From Octopus sinensis (Eukaryota): a DNA stretch of 64,000 nt. The translations under genes and the position numbers were made by a program. Positions 23,901 to 38,082 of the stretch are shown here, piece by piece. Location of the stretch: NCBI RefSeq assembly GCF_006345805.1, contig NC_043015.1:24676001-24740000 (forward strand), read 5' to 3'. The notes below the pieces were generated by a model. The model saw nothing but the letters and a program-made list of their open reading frames with translations. It made no database searches and had not been told where the DNA came from. How positions within the stretch are numbered: position 1 is the stretch's first letter; the number at the start of each line of letters is the position of its first letter.

Positions 23901-25742
23901 ATTATATATATATAGCTTGATAATACATTTTCTGATGTCTCCTAGTTTTTATCTGTACATATACATCATTTTATCATACATTTAATCTGATATTTTACTC
24001 TTTTATCAAGCTGTCTGTTAAAGGTTTTACGTAAACATATACCTTTCGAAGTAATATGTTGATTAACTCAAACAGGTGTGAAAACTATACCTATTATGAT
24101 TTCATGCAACATAGATTCATAACCATTCTATGTTTTACAATTTCAAACAACATTTACAATGTGACTGGACAAACTTGAAATGATGCCAATCAGTTCATTG
24201 AAGACTTCAACATTGCTAAGGAAAATGATACCAAACAGACATATGTTATATATCTGTCATGAAAACTGTCTTTCTGTAGCAGGTATGGAAAAATAATAAA
24301 AGTGGTCTATTCCATACCATTTCAGCACCAAAACAAGACGTTAAGTGATGAACATAGGAATGGCTTATAATCAGGACATATTTACAGATTGTTTTAATTT
24401 CAATATCTTTCTCTGACCATGTGCCTCAACAAGAGGCTGTCTATATATTCAGTGCCTTCTTAATTATGGTTTTGCCGACAGTCTTCTATGTTCTACGGTA
24501 ATTTTTGAAAAGAACATGCTGAGATTGGGAAAATAATAAAACTGTGTTATATATTAAAACTGCATTTTTATGGCTTTCAAATATGTTCAATTTAATCGAT
24601 TCTAATACTTCAAAATAAACACCACATGGATGAGTATGAAAATGTATATATTTATAAATATAAGCATGTGTATGTGTGTGTGCATGTGTCTGTGTGTGTA
24701 TGTGTATTTGAATGTATATATGCACATAAACACATATATTTATATATATGTACACATATACATATTTATTAGTGTATGCCTATTACACATGTGAAGAAAG
24801 AGATAGAAAGAGAGAGAAAGATATATATATAATAGAATATATACGTACGTACATACATACATACATACATACATACATACATGCATACATACATACATAC
24901 ATACATACATACATACATACATACATACATACATACATACGTACATACATACCTACATACACATATGTATGTAACTAAGCTTTGTATAGAGAAGGAAAGA
25001 GAGAGGGATATTGAAATTATTTTGAAGCATTATATCGATTAAATTGATTATATTTGAAACCCATAACAATGCTGTTGTAATAAAAGACAATTTTAGCAAG
25101 TTTCCTTTTAACTATTTGTGTGTATGTATGTATATATACACACATATAACATATAATGCATATATATCTACCTATGCATATCTATATTCATATACATATG
25201 TGTGTGTGTGTGAACATATATAGATATGAATGCAAATATTGATATATGTATGTGTTAATGCTTGTGTATCTAGTACCTCCTTATGTCTTTTGAGGACATG
25301 ATCTGCAGTTTTTTGTTTCTAAGAATGATTCATAGTTACCCAGGTATGCAAATCTCCTATCTTTGTGCTTCTGATGTTGTTACACAAAAATGACAAATAC
25401 CAACAAAGATTGTCACAAATGTGTATATGTATGTGTGTGGGTGTGTGGGTGTATTTGGGTTGGTACACATGTGTGCACTTGTGCATCAAACAAGCATGCA
25501 TGTTTATGAATATCTGAATGCATTAAATATAAAAATCAGCAAAAACATTGTAGAATACCAGAGTGAGGTCATTTAAAATGTTTAGTTTTCAGTGTCTACA
25601 TCCTGAGAGGAAAACCCTTCTACAAGCTTTCCCACCCATTGGATTTTTTCCTACAACAGAAGTTATAACCAAATACATAATTATGTAACATGGACCAATA
25701 AATTTTTATTGCTTTTAGTATATACGTATGTATCTGTGAATA

Positions 25743-25783
<41 letters not shown>

Positions 25784-26380
25784 TACATACATACAAGAAG
25801 TAATACCTCAAAATACATACATATACAAAAATACACTCACATGTATCCAGCAGTCACTATTTCTTGATACTAACTAGGGGATCAACACAACAAGTTAAGA
25901 AAATACACTTCCATTTCATTGTACTCCTAATGCTCAAAATTATGAGCAATATTTCTCCAAGACCAATATGGAGGGCTACTATTCAAACGATTTGACCAGG
26001 AAATATATTAGTAGTTGTGATGGCAGACACTGAGTCACCAATTTATTTGGGTAGAAAAACCATATTGATTTCTTCTATTTTAAATGTTGTTCTTTGTGAC
26101 TAACTCTGTATGTGCTTGTATACATACATGTACACATATAAATACATATACATATATGTATGTGTGTGTGTGTGTATTACCCTATGCTACTCTGTCTATA
26201 GTTAATTCAAATAAAAAAATAAAAATGGATAGCATGAAGAAGTGCATAGAAGATGTATTAGCCTGATGATCAGTGAAAGGAGAGAGTTTAACATTTTGAG
26301 CATAGCTCTTTGTCAGAAAAGAGAAAGGGAAAAATCCAAAGACAGAACAGAAATCACCAATGGCACATGTGATAGCTATA

Positions 26381-26425
<45 letters not shown>

Positions 26426-26429
26426 TTAA

Positions 26430-26760
26430 AAATTAATTAAGGGTAGAAATTGATATTAGTCAATTAAAACCAGTGGTCTAGCATATTAAAAAGAATCCGA
26501 AGATTAAAATATTTAAAATCCGAAGATTAAAATATTCAGCGCACCAAAAGTAAAGGCATTTGAAAGATTCATTCGAACTTAATCGGTTGTACTTTATGCA
26601 TGCGAAACTCCGGTATCGTTTTTTTGCATCTAGTCCAGCAAATTATGTTCATAACAAACTGTGCTGACGAAGTTACAGATATCCTTGTGATATTAATAAC
26701 TGAAACCATTCGGTACACAGGTGATTATTTCATTTCGTATATTTTCATTTGTCTTATTTA
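26430..26760 (+). mobile_element. Solo hammerhead-bearing repeat (pLTR- or retrozyme-like), no ORF
   Basis: Non-microsatellite island between (TA)n tracts containing an intact HHR and a 20-bp direct duplication (26494-26513 / 26517-26536); boundaries approximate. Confidence 0.5.
26659..26720 (+). ncRNA. Intact type I hammerhead ribozyme
   Basis: ctgtg-CTGACGA-agtta(c)agatatc-cttgt-gatattaa-taact-GAAA-cc-attc-gg-TA-cacag: stems I, II and III all pair; predicted cleavage after GUA at 26715. Confidence 0.85.
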
Positions 26761-27164
26761 TTGCTTTGGGTTGTGCTGAATTTTATTTTATTTGAGAACA
26801 TAATCTTTGTGGAGAATGGCGATTTGACGTCTATATCTAGCATGTTGACTGTCCACTTTTCGTGTTCAGTCCTTAATTGGTATATATACATATATATATT
26901 ATACAAGCATGATTATATATCAAAGTGTATTCATATAGTTTTATATGTATATATATATATAATACTTTATATCATTTGTATTCTGTATAAATTGGACCTT
27001 TTTTATGTAAATATTTATACATTTTTGTATTTCATGTATTTAATATACTTTATATATTGATTTGTTAAAATTGTTTATCCTTACATTTACTTCTATAAAC
27101 ACACACACTTATTCTTTTATTCTGTTACTGGTTTCAGGCAGAGGCTGAGACCATGCTGGAGGAC

Positions 27165-27690
27165 TGCCTTTCAATGTTTTGGAGTGAAGAAGTGAGTTGG
27201 GTTCTGCTGCTCTTCTTTGTGCCTCCTGTCACAATGTGGGCTCATCTGCAATTTCAGATAGAAATTTGTCCAGGTGCTTCTTCAATATTTCTACATCTAA
27301 ACCTTGCAGGTCTCCTAGGTTCCTTAGCAGGATATTAAACAATTATGGTCCATTGAATCCCAAGCCGTTGCAATACTGGGTCCTTATCTGAGATGAAGAA
27401 GGTGGTACCTTTGGTAGTATGCAGTGCTGTCCAGCTTTTAATTCAAAAGCTGGGAGCTAGACCTTCCAGGACCTTCCATATTTACATCACTGCATACCTT
27501 TCTTGTTTTCTCTCCAGGAAGTAGAGCTTCACTTCTTGTAGTCTCTATCAGCAGCTCATCTGTTTCACTGAGTCAATCTTCTTTGTGTAGTGATGCTGGA
27601 TTGCTTCAAGCTCTGCCACCAATTTGATGCTTAGTGGCAATTACAGTTGGAAGCAGTAATCCAGACAATTGAGGACAAATTCCCGCCATA
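27165..27690 (-). mobile_element. CR1/L2-type LINE ORF2 C-terminal relic
   Basis: LDYCFQL*..VAELEAIQHHYTKKI...RLQEVKLYFLERKQERYAVM*IWKVLEGLAP...GP*LFNILL...KKHLDKFLSEIADEP with stops and a frameshift. Confidence 0.8.
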
Positions 27691-28179
27691 GGGGTGGCAA
27701 AGGATCCTTATTTCTACACACACACATATATATTATTATTTCACACACAAAGAAACCTTATTTCACACACACACACATATATATTATTACTGCGTATCTA
27801 CATATATGTGTGTATGCATATAGAAATGTATACATGCATGTAGATACTTAAACACACAAATTGAATATATAGCTACACCAATGGAGAAATACATGAATGT
27901 ATTTGTTATAGGAAAGACATTTAAGAGTAAAATGCAAGAGAAATCTACATAAATGCACACATATACAAGCATGCATGTATATATATATTATATATATATA
28001 TATATATATACATACATATATATATACATATATATATGTACATACATATATATATATGTACATGTGGTACATGTGCATTCTATACATACATACATACATG
28101 CATCTTCATATATGTATGTACATATATATATATCTATCTTTATACATATGTGTATATATATTTATATGCATGTATATAT

Positions 28180-28223
<44 letters not shown>

Positions 28224-28848
28224 CAGACTCCTACTACACATATCTACATAGACATATAAACGTATAATGAAAAAAAATAATGGAATAAATTTCTCACTAA
28301 GTGACACCTCCTTCATTTTTAAGTGTTCAATTGGAAGATTAAATTATTGATTTTTACTTTTGGTGCTAGCAAGATAAAAAAAAACATTAATAAATAAATA
28401 AAGAGAGAGAGAACATATTTCACAATGCAGTATATTTTCTTCTCTATTAACCATTAAATGACTTGTATTAGCCATAAATTTATCTGAGAATGTTTATCAA
28501 TGAATCACTAGCATAATACAACAAGAAAAATGAATAAAAACACAAGAGATGTGAACGAAAATAAAAATGAAAAAATAAAAACAGGAGGCAGGCTGGGAAA
28601 CATTATCCATGCACCATTCATATTTACAAAAACATTCCTTTTTCTTCTTTTCCCGTTTTATGTATGGAATATATGTAATTTTTATATGCTTGTATGAAAC
28701 TATATGTAGGTACACATACATATACACGTGTATGTATGTATGTATGTATGTATGTATGTATGTATGTATGTATGTATGTATGTATGAATGTATGTATGTA
28801 TGTATGTATGTATGTATGTATGTATGTATGTATGTATATACATATATA

Positions 28849-28885
<37 letters not shown>

Positions 28886-29265
28886 GGTGGTGCTACAGCT
28901 CCAGCAGGGCTGCAGTCAAATGACTGAAACAAGTAAAAATATAAATATATATATAGAAAGAGAAAGAGAGGGGGGAGAGAGAGAAATAGATATGTATATT
29001 TACATGCATGTATATATATGCAGATATGTGAATAAATATCTGCCTACTTATCTATCTATCTATCTATCTGTCTGTCCGTCTGTCTGTATATGTATATATA
29101 TAGATATATATACATTCTTATATATATAAATATATAGACATATATATACATACATATATATATACACACACACGCGTATATATACATGCATATACATACA
29201 TATATATATGTATGTATATATATATACATATATATATATACATACATATATATATATATATAATA

Positions 29266-29372
<107 letters not shown>

Positions 29373-29643
29373 TATATATACTTTCTTCTCTTCATTTCTT
29401 GTGCTCATACAATTTATGTCTCTGTGTGTAATTACAACCAGAAAGTTAAGAAGAATCCATCATTGTGTCTAATATATTTAAAAGTCTCAACCAATTTCAG
29501 AGGTAAAATAGATTTGGGAAAAGGAAAATTAAAACAAAAAAACAAAAGAATCAAGAATGCCACGAATTTGCAAATGTTAAATTACTATTTTAGCTTTATT
29601 TCTTTTCAGCTTGTTTCATAATTACCTACATGTATGTGTGTGT

Positions 29644-29682
<39 letters not shown>

Positions 29683-30129
29683 GTATATATATATATATAT
29701 ATATATATACTATATATATATATATATATCTATATATATATATATATACATACATACATATATTAATACATATGTGTATATATATATATATATACATACA
29801 TGCATTCATACATGCATACATACACACACATATATACATACATGCATACCTACCTACATGATATAATATATATTGGGGGATAAGATTTTCGATAAATTTT
29901 ACAAACTTTTGTATTCTTTAGAGGTCTCGAGTTAATCTCATATTTTCCTATTGTATCCAAATCTTAGAACCGATTTCCATGTGTTTCCTTTTGTTTGCGT
30001 GATCTTATACTTTATCCTTGTAATAATTTGAAATGCTATTAAATATATCCTATTTCTGCTCTTTATGTTCAATATATATCTATTCTATATCTTCAATTCA
30101 GTTTCCATTATATTACATTCATTTATCCA

Positions 30130-30193
<64 letters not shown>

Positions 30194-30196
30194 CTT

Positions 30197-30247
<51 letters not shown>

Positions 30248-30263
30248 CTATCCTAACCTCTCT

Positions 30264-30319
<56 letters not shown>

Positions 30320-30495
30320 CATATGCAGAATTGTGTGTGGGCACGTGTATGTATATATGTATGTATGTATAAATGCTTAAATAGCTAGAATGCATGCTAT
30401 TTGAAATATATTCTGAATCAATGCACTTTAAATGCGTAATTTCAAGTATCACATAAGCCCCATGTTCTTCCACCTTATTTCTTTCAGAATGGATG

Positions 30496-30526
<31 letters not shown>

Positions 30527-30669
30527 CATACATACATAATATATTAGCGAGAGAGAAAGATGTGTGTGTGCATGTATGTTTATTAAAATTTCTTCATTTT
30601 TCTGTTATAAACTCAATACTGAAAGATAAATTGCTTATATGGAGTTTTAGAATTCTTTTGATTACATAC

Positions 30670-30728
30670 GATATTTCATAAAGATTCTTATTAATCCCTC
30701 AAGGAAAGAAAAGGCAAAATTTACCAAA
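30670..30728 (-). CDS. Candidate exon (LVNFAFSFLEGLIRIFMKY)
   Basis: ctgatttctaaatttcAG acceptor, GTATGT donor, 59 nt, one open frame; no homology recognised. Confidence 0.3.
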
Positions 30729-32305
30729 CTGAAATTTAGAAATCAGAGTATAGAATAATAAATCTCATTATAGGCAAGATTCTACTGTTTTTCTCTATGT
30801 ACAAAATATTTATACAGCAAAATTTCAATATTTATATGTTCCTGATTTATAACGTTGCCTTCAGGTTAGAAATTATAGAAAATGGTAATTATTTCATATC
30901 CTAAAGAAACTGGAAAGTAACTTTATCATTTTTGCAGGAATGATCTGAAGATATACAGATATATATCTAAATAGTGCCAAGTGTTTTGGTTCCTACTCGC
31001 CATTTTCTATCATTTATTACCCTTAATAGGAAACAAAGCCATAATTATTGAGGCAAAGACAGGGGTTAGTTCTGCTCATCATCCCTAATATTCAACTGGT
31101 GCTTTTGTTTTATTGATGCCTGAGGGATAAAATCTAAATTCAACCTGGTCTGGATTTGAACTCAGAATGTTGCAATCTGCTGATGCAGCTCCTACATTTT
31201 TATATATACTATTTTTAATACAATGATCCTTTCTACTATAGGTACAACTTGAAATTAGGGGTGGGGGGAGAGTCGATTAGATCGACCCCAGTACACAACT
31301 GGTACTTCATTTATTGTCCCTGAAAGGATGAAAGGCAAAGTTGACCTCAGCGAAATTTGAACTCAGAACATAATGACAGGCGAAATACCACTAAGCATTT
31401 CACCTGGCGTGCTAACGATTCTGCCAAGTCGCTGCCTTATCCCTAAATGTAATAATAATAATGGCACAAGGCCAGCAAGTTTGGAGGAGGGGTTAAGTTG
31501 ATTACATCGACCCCAGTGTACAACTGGTACTTATTTTATCAACACCAAAAGGATGCAAGGTAAAGTAACCTCCGTGGTATTTGAACTCAGAAAGTATAGA
31601 CAAATGAAGAATTTTGTCTGACCTGCTGCCAATTCTGCCAGGTCAATGCCTTAAAAATGGTTTGGAGTTCTGGCACAAGGCCAGCAATTCGAGTAAGGCG
31701 AAAATTGATTACATCAATTCCAGTGCTCAACATATACTTGTTTTATTGACTATAAAAGGATGAAAGGCAGAGCCAACATCATCATTATCATAACTACCAT
31801 TGTTTAATGTCTGCCTTCCGTGCTGGCATGGGTTGGAATTTAATGTAAGAGCACAAACACAGATGAAATGATGACACAAAGCATTTTGCCAGGCATGCTG
31901 ACAATTCTGCCAGCTCACTGCCTTAACAACAACAACATCAACAACATAAACAATAAAAAGAACATAACCAGTAGCAACAACAACTATAATAATGGTTTCA
32001 AATTTTGGCATAAGGCCAGCAATTTCAGGGAAAGGTGTAAGTTGATTACATCAACAACAACAACAGAATCATTAGCACACAGGGTGAAATGCTTAGCAGT
32101 ATTTCATCTGCTGTTATGTTCCGAGTTCAAATTCCACCGAGGTCCACTTTGCCTTTCATCCTTTTGGGGTCAATTAAATAAGTACTAGTTACACACTGGG
32201 GTCGATGTAATCGACTCAATCTCTTTGTCTGTCCTAGTTTGCCCCTTCTATGTTTAGCCCCCAGTGGGCGATAAAGAATTAAATAATTTATTTCTATCTT
32301 AATCC

Positions 32306-32505
32306 AGTAATTTTGATGGGCGGGTGATAATCAACACCATTGATTGCAGGTCTTGGCTGGTACTTAATTTTATCAACACCAGAAGGATGAATGTGAAGTT
32401 GAATTTGTCGGGATTTGAACACAGAATGTATAGAGCCATAAAAAACACCAAGAATGATATTTTCCTCATGCCTTCATGATTCTGCCAGCTCACTGCCCTT
32501 CAAGA

Positions 32506-32540
<35 letters not shown>

Positions 32541-32754
32541 ACCTTCAGTAGAAAAGATTATTATTGATAGGCTGGCAGAATCATGAAGGCATGAGGAAAA
32601 TATCATCCTTGGTGTTTTTTATGGCTCTATACATTCTGTGTTCAAATCCCGACAAATTCAACTTCACATTCATCCTTCTGGTGTTGATAAAATTAAGTAC
32701 CAGCCAAGACCTGCAATCAATGGTGTTGATTATCACCCTCCCATCAAAATTACT
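32306..32754. repeat. Local inverted duplication of a diverged SINE B around a (TA)n spacer
   Basis: Arms 32306-32489 and 32571-32754 (184 bp), two mismatches seen. Confidence 0.92.
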
Positions 32755-32756
32755 AG

Positions 32757-32782
<26 letters not shown>

Positions 32783-32787
<5 letters not shown>

Positions 32788-32936
32788 CCTTGGACGAGCC
32801 AAAAACTTGTGAGTGGATTTGGTAAGCAGAAGCTAAAAGAAGACCCTAGTATATATATATATATATATATGAGGGTCTTCTTTTAGTTTCTACCTACCAA
32901 ATCCACTCACAAGTTTTTGGCTGGTCCAAGGTTATA
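32783..32936. repeat. Inverted duplication of part of a SINE A around (TA)n; right arm continues as SINE A (minus) to about 33030
   Basis: Arms 32783-32847 and 32872-32936 (65 bp), four mismatches seen. Confidence 0.88.
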
Positions 32937-33679
32937 GCAGAAGACACTTGCCAAGGTGTCACACAGTGGAACTGAGCCTGGAACCATGTGACTGGGAAGC
33001 AAGCTTCTTACCACACAGCCATTCCTGTGCCTATAATCTTATCAATAATAATAATAAGTAAGCGAGCTCGCAAAAACGTTAGCACACCCAGTTGCATACT
33101 GGGGTCATTCTAATCAACTAGCTATCTTCCCCCAAAGTTTTGGACCTTGTGCCTAGAGTAGAAAATAATATAACAATAATAACTAAGAAATGAAAGGATA
33201 GAAAAAGAACAACAATCGTAGAGAAAATGTCTTCATCTAAAACTAATTTTGATTTCTAATCTAGATACAGTCATCACACTTTTTGGAAGCAGAATGATGG
33301 ATGACTGCCACATCATGCTGTTAATATTGTTACTTATTCTAACAAATTTGGAAATATTAACAGTAAAGAAAGTTTTTTATGTTCGGGATTTAAACTTGAA
33401 ATTGTTGGTGAGTTCAACAATAATACCTTTTGGTAATTAATCCATTTTGGGTTTTGAGTTACAACTTTTTAGAGATGAAGCTTGTCATTTATCTTTCTGA
33501 AGGTAATAAATAAAATAATAGACTAAGGTGGAGAATTATTTGAGGATATGGTTGCGTAGTTTCCTTCAAGGCCCTTGTATTCTGAGTTCAAATTCTATCC
33601 TTACTTACTTGAGACATAATCAACCTGGGAGTCCTTCAGCTCTTTTAGTAGATTCCATTCTGTTATCAATAATTTTTTA

Positions 33680-34040
33680 ATCTTTTACTTGTTTCACCCA
33701 TGCTGGCCATGCCAAAATGCCAACTTCAAGGGTTTTGTTGAAGAAATCAACCCCAGTACTTACTTTCAAGTCAGATATTTATTCTCTCAGTCTCTTACGT
33801 TGAACCACTAAGTCATAGGTATATAAACAAACCAACATAGGTTGTCAAGTGATATCGGTGGGACAAACACAAAATACAAACACACACACGTGTACACACA
33901 AGCATTCTCACATGTACACACAAACACAGAAATATACATCTACCAAATTCTTCTAGCGAACTATAAAAGAAGACACTTGCCCAAGATGGCACAGAGTGGG
34001 ACAGAACTTGTAACCTTTTGGAGAGCAAACTTTTCACCAC
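33680..34040 (-). mobile_element. SINE family A, diverged
   Basis: ttttacttgtttc...gaagacacttgcccaag...cacagagtgggac. Confidence 0.7.
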
Positions 34041-35077
34041 ACACCCAGAAAATAAAAATGCTTTTTTGACAACATAAAAATTAGTTCTGTCCATTTCTAT
34101 TCATAATTCATCTCCTGCTAAGATCAATATCATTTTTGATCCCAAAGGGGATCGATAAAATGCTATATCATAAATGTTGAGATAATTTAATAAACTCTGG
34201 CCATCCTTGAGCACTTAATGGCCTGGTATCAAAGTAAGAAATCAATAATATTCGCAGAAATCAAGTTGTAAACACAGAATGAATTCTCTCTTGAAGAATC
34301 TACTTCCTACTTGTCTGTGTTCGAAGTTCAAATTTTGCCAGTGAATACATTACATTCCTATGTTTTGGGGGTGGTTCCCTAATGTCACCCATTTCAGTTG
34401 TCATCAAACAAATTCACATTCAAATGCACTGGGGTTATGGCATTCCACCTATTTTCAAGAATAATTCCTGATCAGATCAGAACACACACACACAGACACA
34501 CATACACACACACACAGAGACACACACACACACAGACACACACACACGCACACACACACACATGATTGTAGCAAGTAGCTTGAGAAAAATTTGGCTGGCA
34601 TTTCTAGCAGATCCTAATAACCACAGAGAGGCTCCCTCTTTTGCGCCATCTCTCTGAATTTTCAACACGAAATGACATAAATCTATGGATTTATTTACTT
34701 GATTATATTGCACCCCTTCTGTGGTGCCTTTGTCAATTCAAACAACAATAATGGACATCATGCCACAGGGTCTGTCATGCATTTGCAAGCCCTTTAGGCC
34801 TGAGTTTGTCCTTGTTTCAATAGTATTTATGTGGTTGACAATACAAGACTCACCTCAAATAGGGCATCAGTCCCTCACTAGATTAACCTCCCAGATGTTG
34901 CTACCACTGGATGGACACAAGATTCTGCCCAGCCAGAGAATTAAACCCATAACCTAATGATCGTGAGCCCAACACCTAAGTCATTATACCAGGTATTTAC
35001 AGTTATATTCAACACATTTGTGTACACTTAGAGATGGGAAAACCTTTGCCGACTCTAATTAATTAGATTGAAAGTCA

Positions 35078-35290
35078 TTAACTCTTTAGTACTTAAAGCA
35101 GCCATATCAGGTCTAAATATTTTACATGGGTTATGTCCAAAGCAGCTAGATCTGACCTCTCACACCTATCCTACAATGTCCTTTTAATGATAAACAATCA
35201 CAACATGAGAATCTCAAAGCTATGACATAATGCAAGATTAATTCAAAATAATGTGATTTGACAGAGAAATCTGAATGCTTCAACGTAAAA
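35078..35290. mobile_element. Probable piggyBac-type MITE, decayed
   Basis: Starts TTAA-CTCTTTAG (TTAA-CCCTT-like end) and finishes aatctgaatgct; right terminus degenerate. Confidence 0.4.
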
Positions 35291-36444
35291 TATAGACATC
35301 AGAACAGCAAACACAGAATTTGCCATTTTTTAATGATGGTTTGATTTCTAAAAGAGGAAGTTACTTATTTCAAAGGAGATGCTACAGGCTATGGCAACTG
35401 AGGCTCTGTAGTCATCTGTTTTGTTGTCATAGTTATTGCTGCTTCTCTCCAGCCAGCACTGGACAAATAAACCAGCCATATTCACTTTCTTTTGTGCAAG
35501 AAACCAGGTCTGCATTAACCACCATATTCCATTTTAAGGTGGTGGAATGTGAGTAAAAGAGAGTTGACTGCTATATCTAGCATGTTATGTGACTCCATAG
35601 AAATACCCTCATTAGGTTGATTGTTTCTTATTTTATCTGCTTGGATGGATGAAAGGCTGAGCTTAAAAGGAAAGAGATATCGCAGGGCATTTTCTTCATT
35701 GCTCAACAGATTCTACACGTAAACTGCCATTTTTCTGCTGATCTGTTTGATTTCATTTGATGTTCCACAGATTTTACCAACCCATCATATTTTTATCTTG
35801 CCATTCTCACAACTTTCTCATAATCCTAATATTCTAAAAAACATACACAACAAAATTATACTTGTCGTGTCGATAACATTTTAAAACATCTTCCTTAATA
35901 AATGCCACGAAATGGTAAAGTTAGAAGAGAAATTCAAGAGATTCTTCAGTATAGGATGTTGCAGTTCCTTTATTCTTTCAAAGGTGTCATTCAATGGATC
36001 ATATACTTGTTTTCCTTCACCTTTTCGTTTGTATTCTTATATATTTGTAGTTATTTAAATGATTAATGTAACAGTTAAATGGTTTTCAATTAAATGTCAT
36101 TATGTATTCCTACACAGTATTGCTCTTTGCAGACTTTATCGAGAAAACACAATGTTCCTCTTCTTCACTACAGTTGCTTTATAGATAAAAAAACATTTTC
36201 CTTTGTATTTTCATGACTTTCCTCTGTTGTATGTTAAATTTAAACACATTTCTCCAGTCAACAGAAACAGTTTCTTAATAGCCAGACTTCAGCTTTGATT
36301 CCTTGTTATTAAAGAGATGAGAGAGAGAGAGAGAGAGAGAGAAAGAAAGAGAGAGAGAGAAAGAAAGAGAGAGAGAGAAAGAAAGAGAGAGAGATTGTAT
36401 TAGTTTGTTGTATGTCACTTTAGTTTAACTGCCACCATTAGAAC

Positions 36445-36465
36445 TGTTACAAAATCGTCACCACT

Positions 36466-36497
<32 letters not shown>

Positions 36498-36561
36498 GAG
36501 CACCACCACCATTATCATCACCACCACCATCATCATGGGCACCACCAGCAGTACCACCACC

Positions 36562-36605
<44 letters not shown>

Positions 36606-36810
36606 GGGCACCACCACCATCACCATTATCATCATCACCACCACACCACAACCACCATCATCATGGGCACCACCAGCAACATCACCACCACCAGTACCAC
36701 CACCACCACCACCACCAGTACCACCACCACCACCACCATCACCACCATCATCATCATCATTATCACCATTATCATCATCAGCAGCAGCAGCACCACCACC
36801 ACCATCATCA
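36445..36810. repeat. (CAT/CAC)n compound trinucleotide tract
   Basis: Direct reading of the sequence; generates spurious poly-D/G/M/P ORFs. Confidence 0.95.
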
Positions 36811-38082
36811 TCATTTAACGTCTGTTCTCCATGCTGGCAAAGGTTGATTGGTTTGAAGGAGCTGTCCACCTGGTAATATCCATTTGTCTGTTTTGGTAAA
36901 GTCTCTCTGACTGCTTGCAATTCCTAGCACCAACCACTCTACAGAGTGTACTTGGTGCTTTTAACATGGCACCAGCATGGGTGCTTTATGTAGCACTGGC
37001 ACAGGCAGGCACTTTTTACTTGACCTGGGTGCTTTCTCCTCCAGATTTGGTAGGGATTCAGCTTTCACCAACCACTCGTCCATCCTGAGGTTCTGAATTG
37101 ACCACCAGATATAGGGGCAGTGGACCCTATCAAAAGTTTTCTCCATGTCAACAAAAGCGAAATTCAGATGTTTATTTTTCCTGCCTACCAGGAAGATAGA
37201 AGCAGTAATGCTTCTTCTTAGCACAAAACCATACTACATCTCCTTTACGCTAAATCTCTTCCTAATTAATTCAGCAATGGCCCTTTCTCTAACTTTCATC
37301 ATCTAGTCCAGCTATTTGATACCTCTGTAATTATTTCTGTCTAAATGTTACCTTTACTGTTGTAGCAGTTGACTATCATGCTACTACACCAGTTATTAGG
37401 TACAACTCACTCGTGGACAATGTGATTAACTACATGGATGACCAGACCATATCCCACACTGTCAGATATTTTAAGCATCTCAATAGTGATTCCCAGAGGG
37501 CTGTGGTCTATCCTTAATTACTTTATCTACCAAGCTACTGCCTATTCAGATAGCTGGTCCCTTTGTTGTGTCCACATTAGGAAAACTCTCCTTCTCCCAT
37601 GTTTTCTTTACGTTTAGCAGCCCTTCATAGTGACATTTCCAAGCCTCTTTCTTTGCAGAATCACTAACTGCAAGTGAACCACCTTCTAGACGAATGCACT
37701 TTTCTTACAAAAGATTGTAGTTGTCTTTGACAAACTGTCTTGCAATCTCAAACACCTACTTCAAGCTTCTGGACCTCACACCATAGAACAATGGCAATGT
37801 TCTTCCTATCTGCTTCTCTCCTGGCTAAGTATACCTATCTTCTAGATTCCCTTCTAGTTATCTGATATAGTTCTCTGCTATCATCAATCTTCCAGTCGTT
37901 CCAAGTCTGTTTCTTTGCTCTGATAGCCTTCTTTGCTACACTGTTCCACTGCCACACCACTCATGGTCTGGTTGGGAAATTTCCCCAGCCACAGATGCTT
38001 TGAAGTCATATTGATGTTCCTCCTGAATTTTGTTCTGCTACTAACTGAAAGAATCTTCTTGAAGTATTGAGTCCACTCCATG
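36803..38082 (-). mobile_element. Old, internally deleted RTE-clade LINE
   Basis: FAFVDMEKTFDRV..IWWSIQNLRMDEWLVKA RT motif; DNA similarity to 57500-57990; RTE tail at 36803-37000. Confidence 0.85.

Larger units (their letters stand above)
31050..33170. mobile_element. Cluster of about nine Nin/Deu-domain-like tRNA SINEs (family B), whole and partial
   Basis: Repeated gcctttcatccttt.ggggtcgata aattaagtaccag core and ggcagaatcgttagc / gagttcaaatt heads, e.g. 31215-31445, 31455-31655 and 31665-31775 (minus), 32065-32290 (plus). Confidence 0.85.

Noticed and set aside
36415-36920. Poly-Asp/Gly/Pro ORFs resembling low-complexity proteins
   Set aside because: (CAT/CAC)n tract continuous with the (atg)n tail of an RTE element
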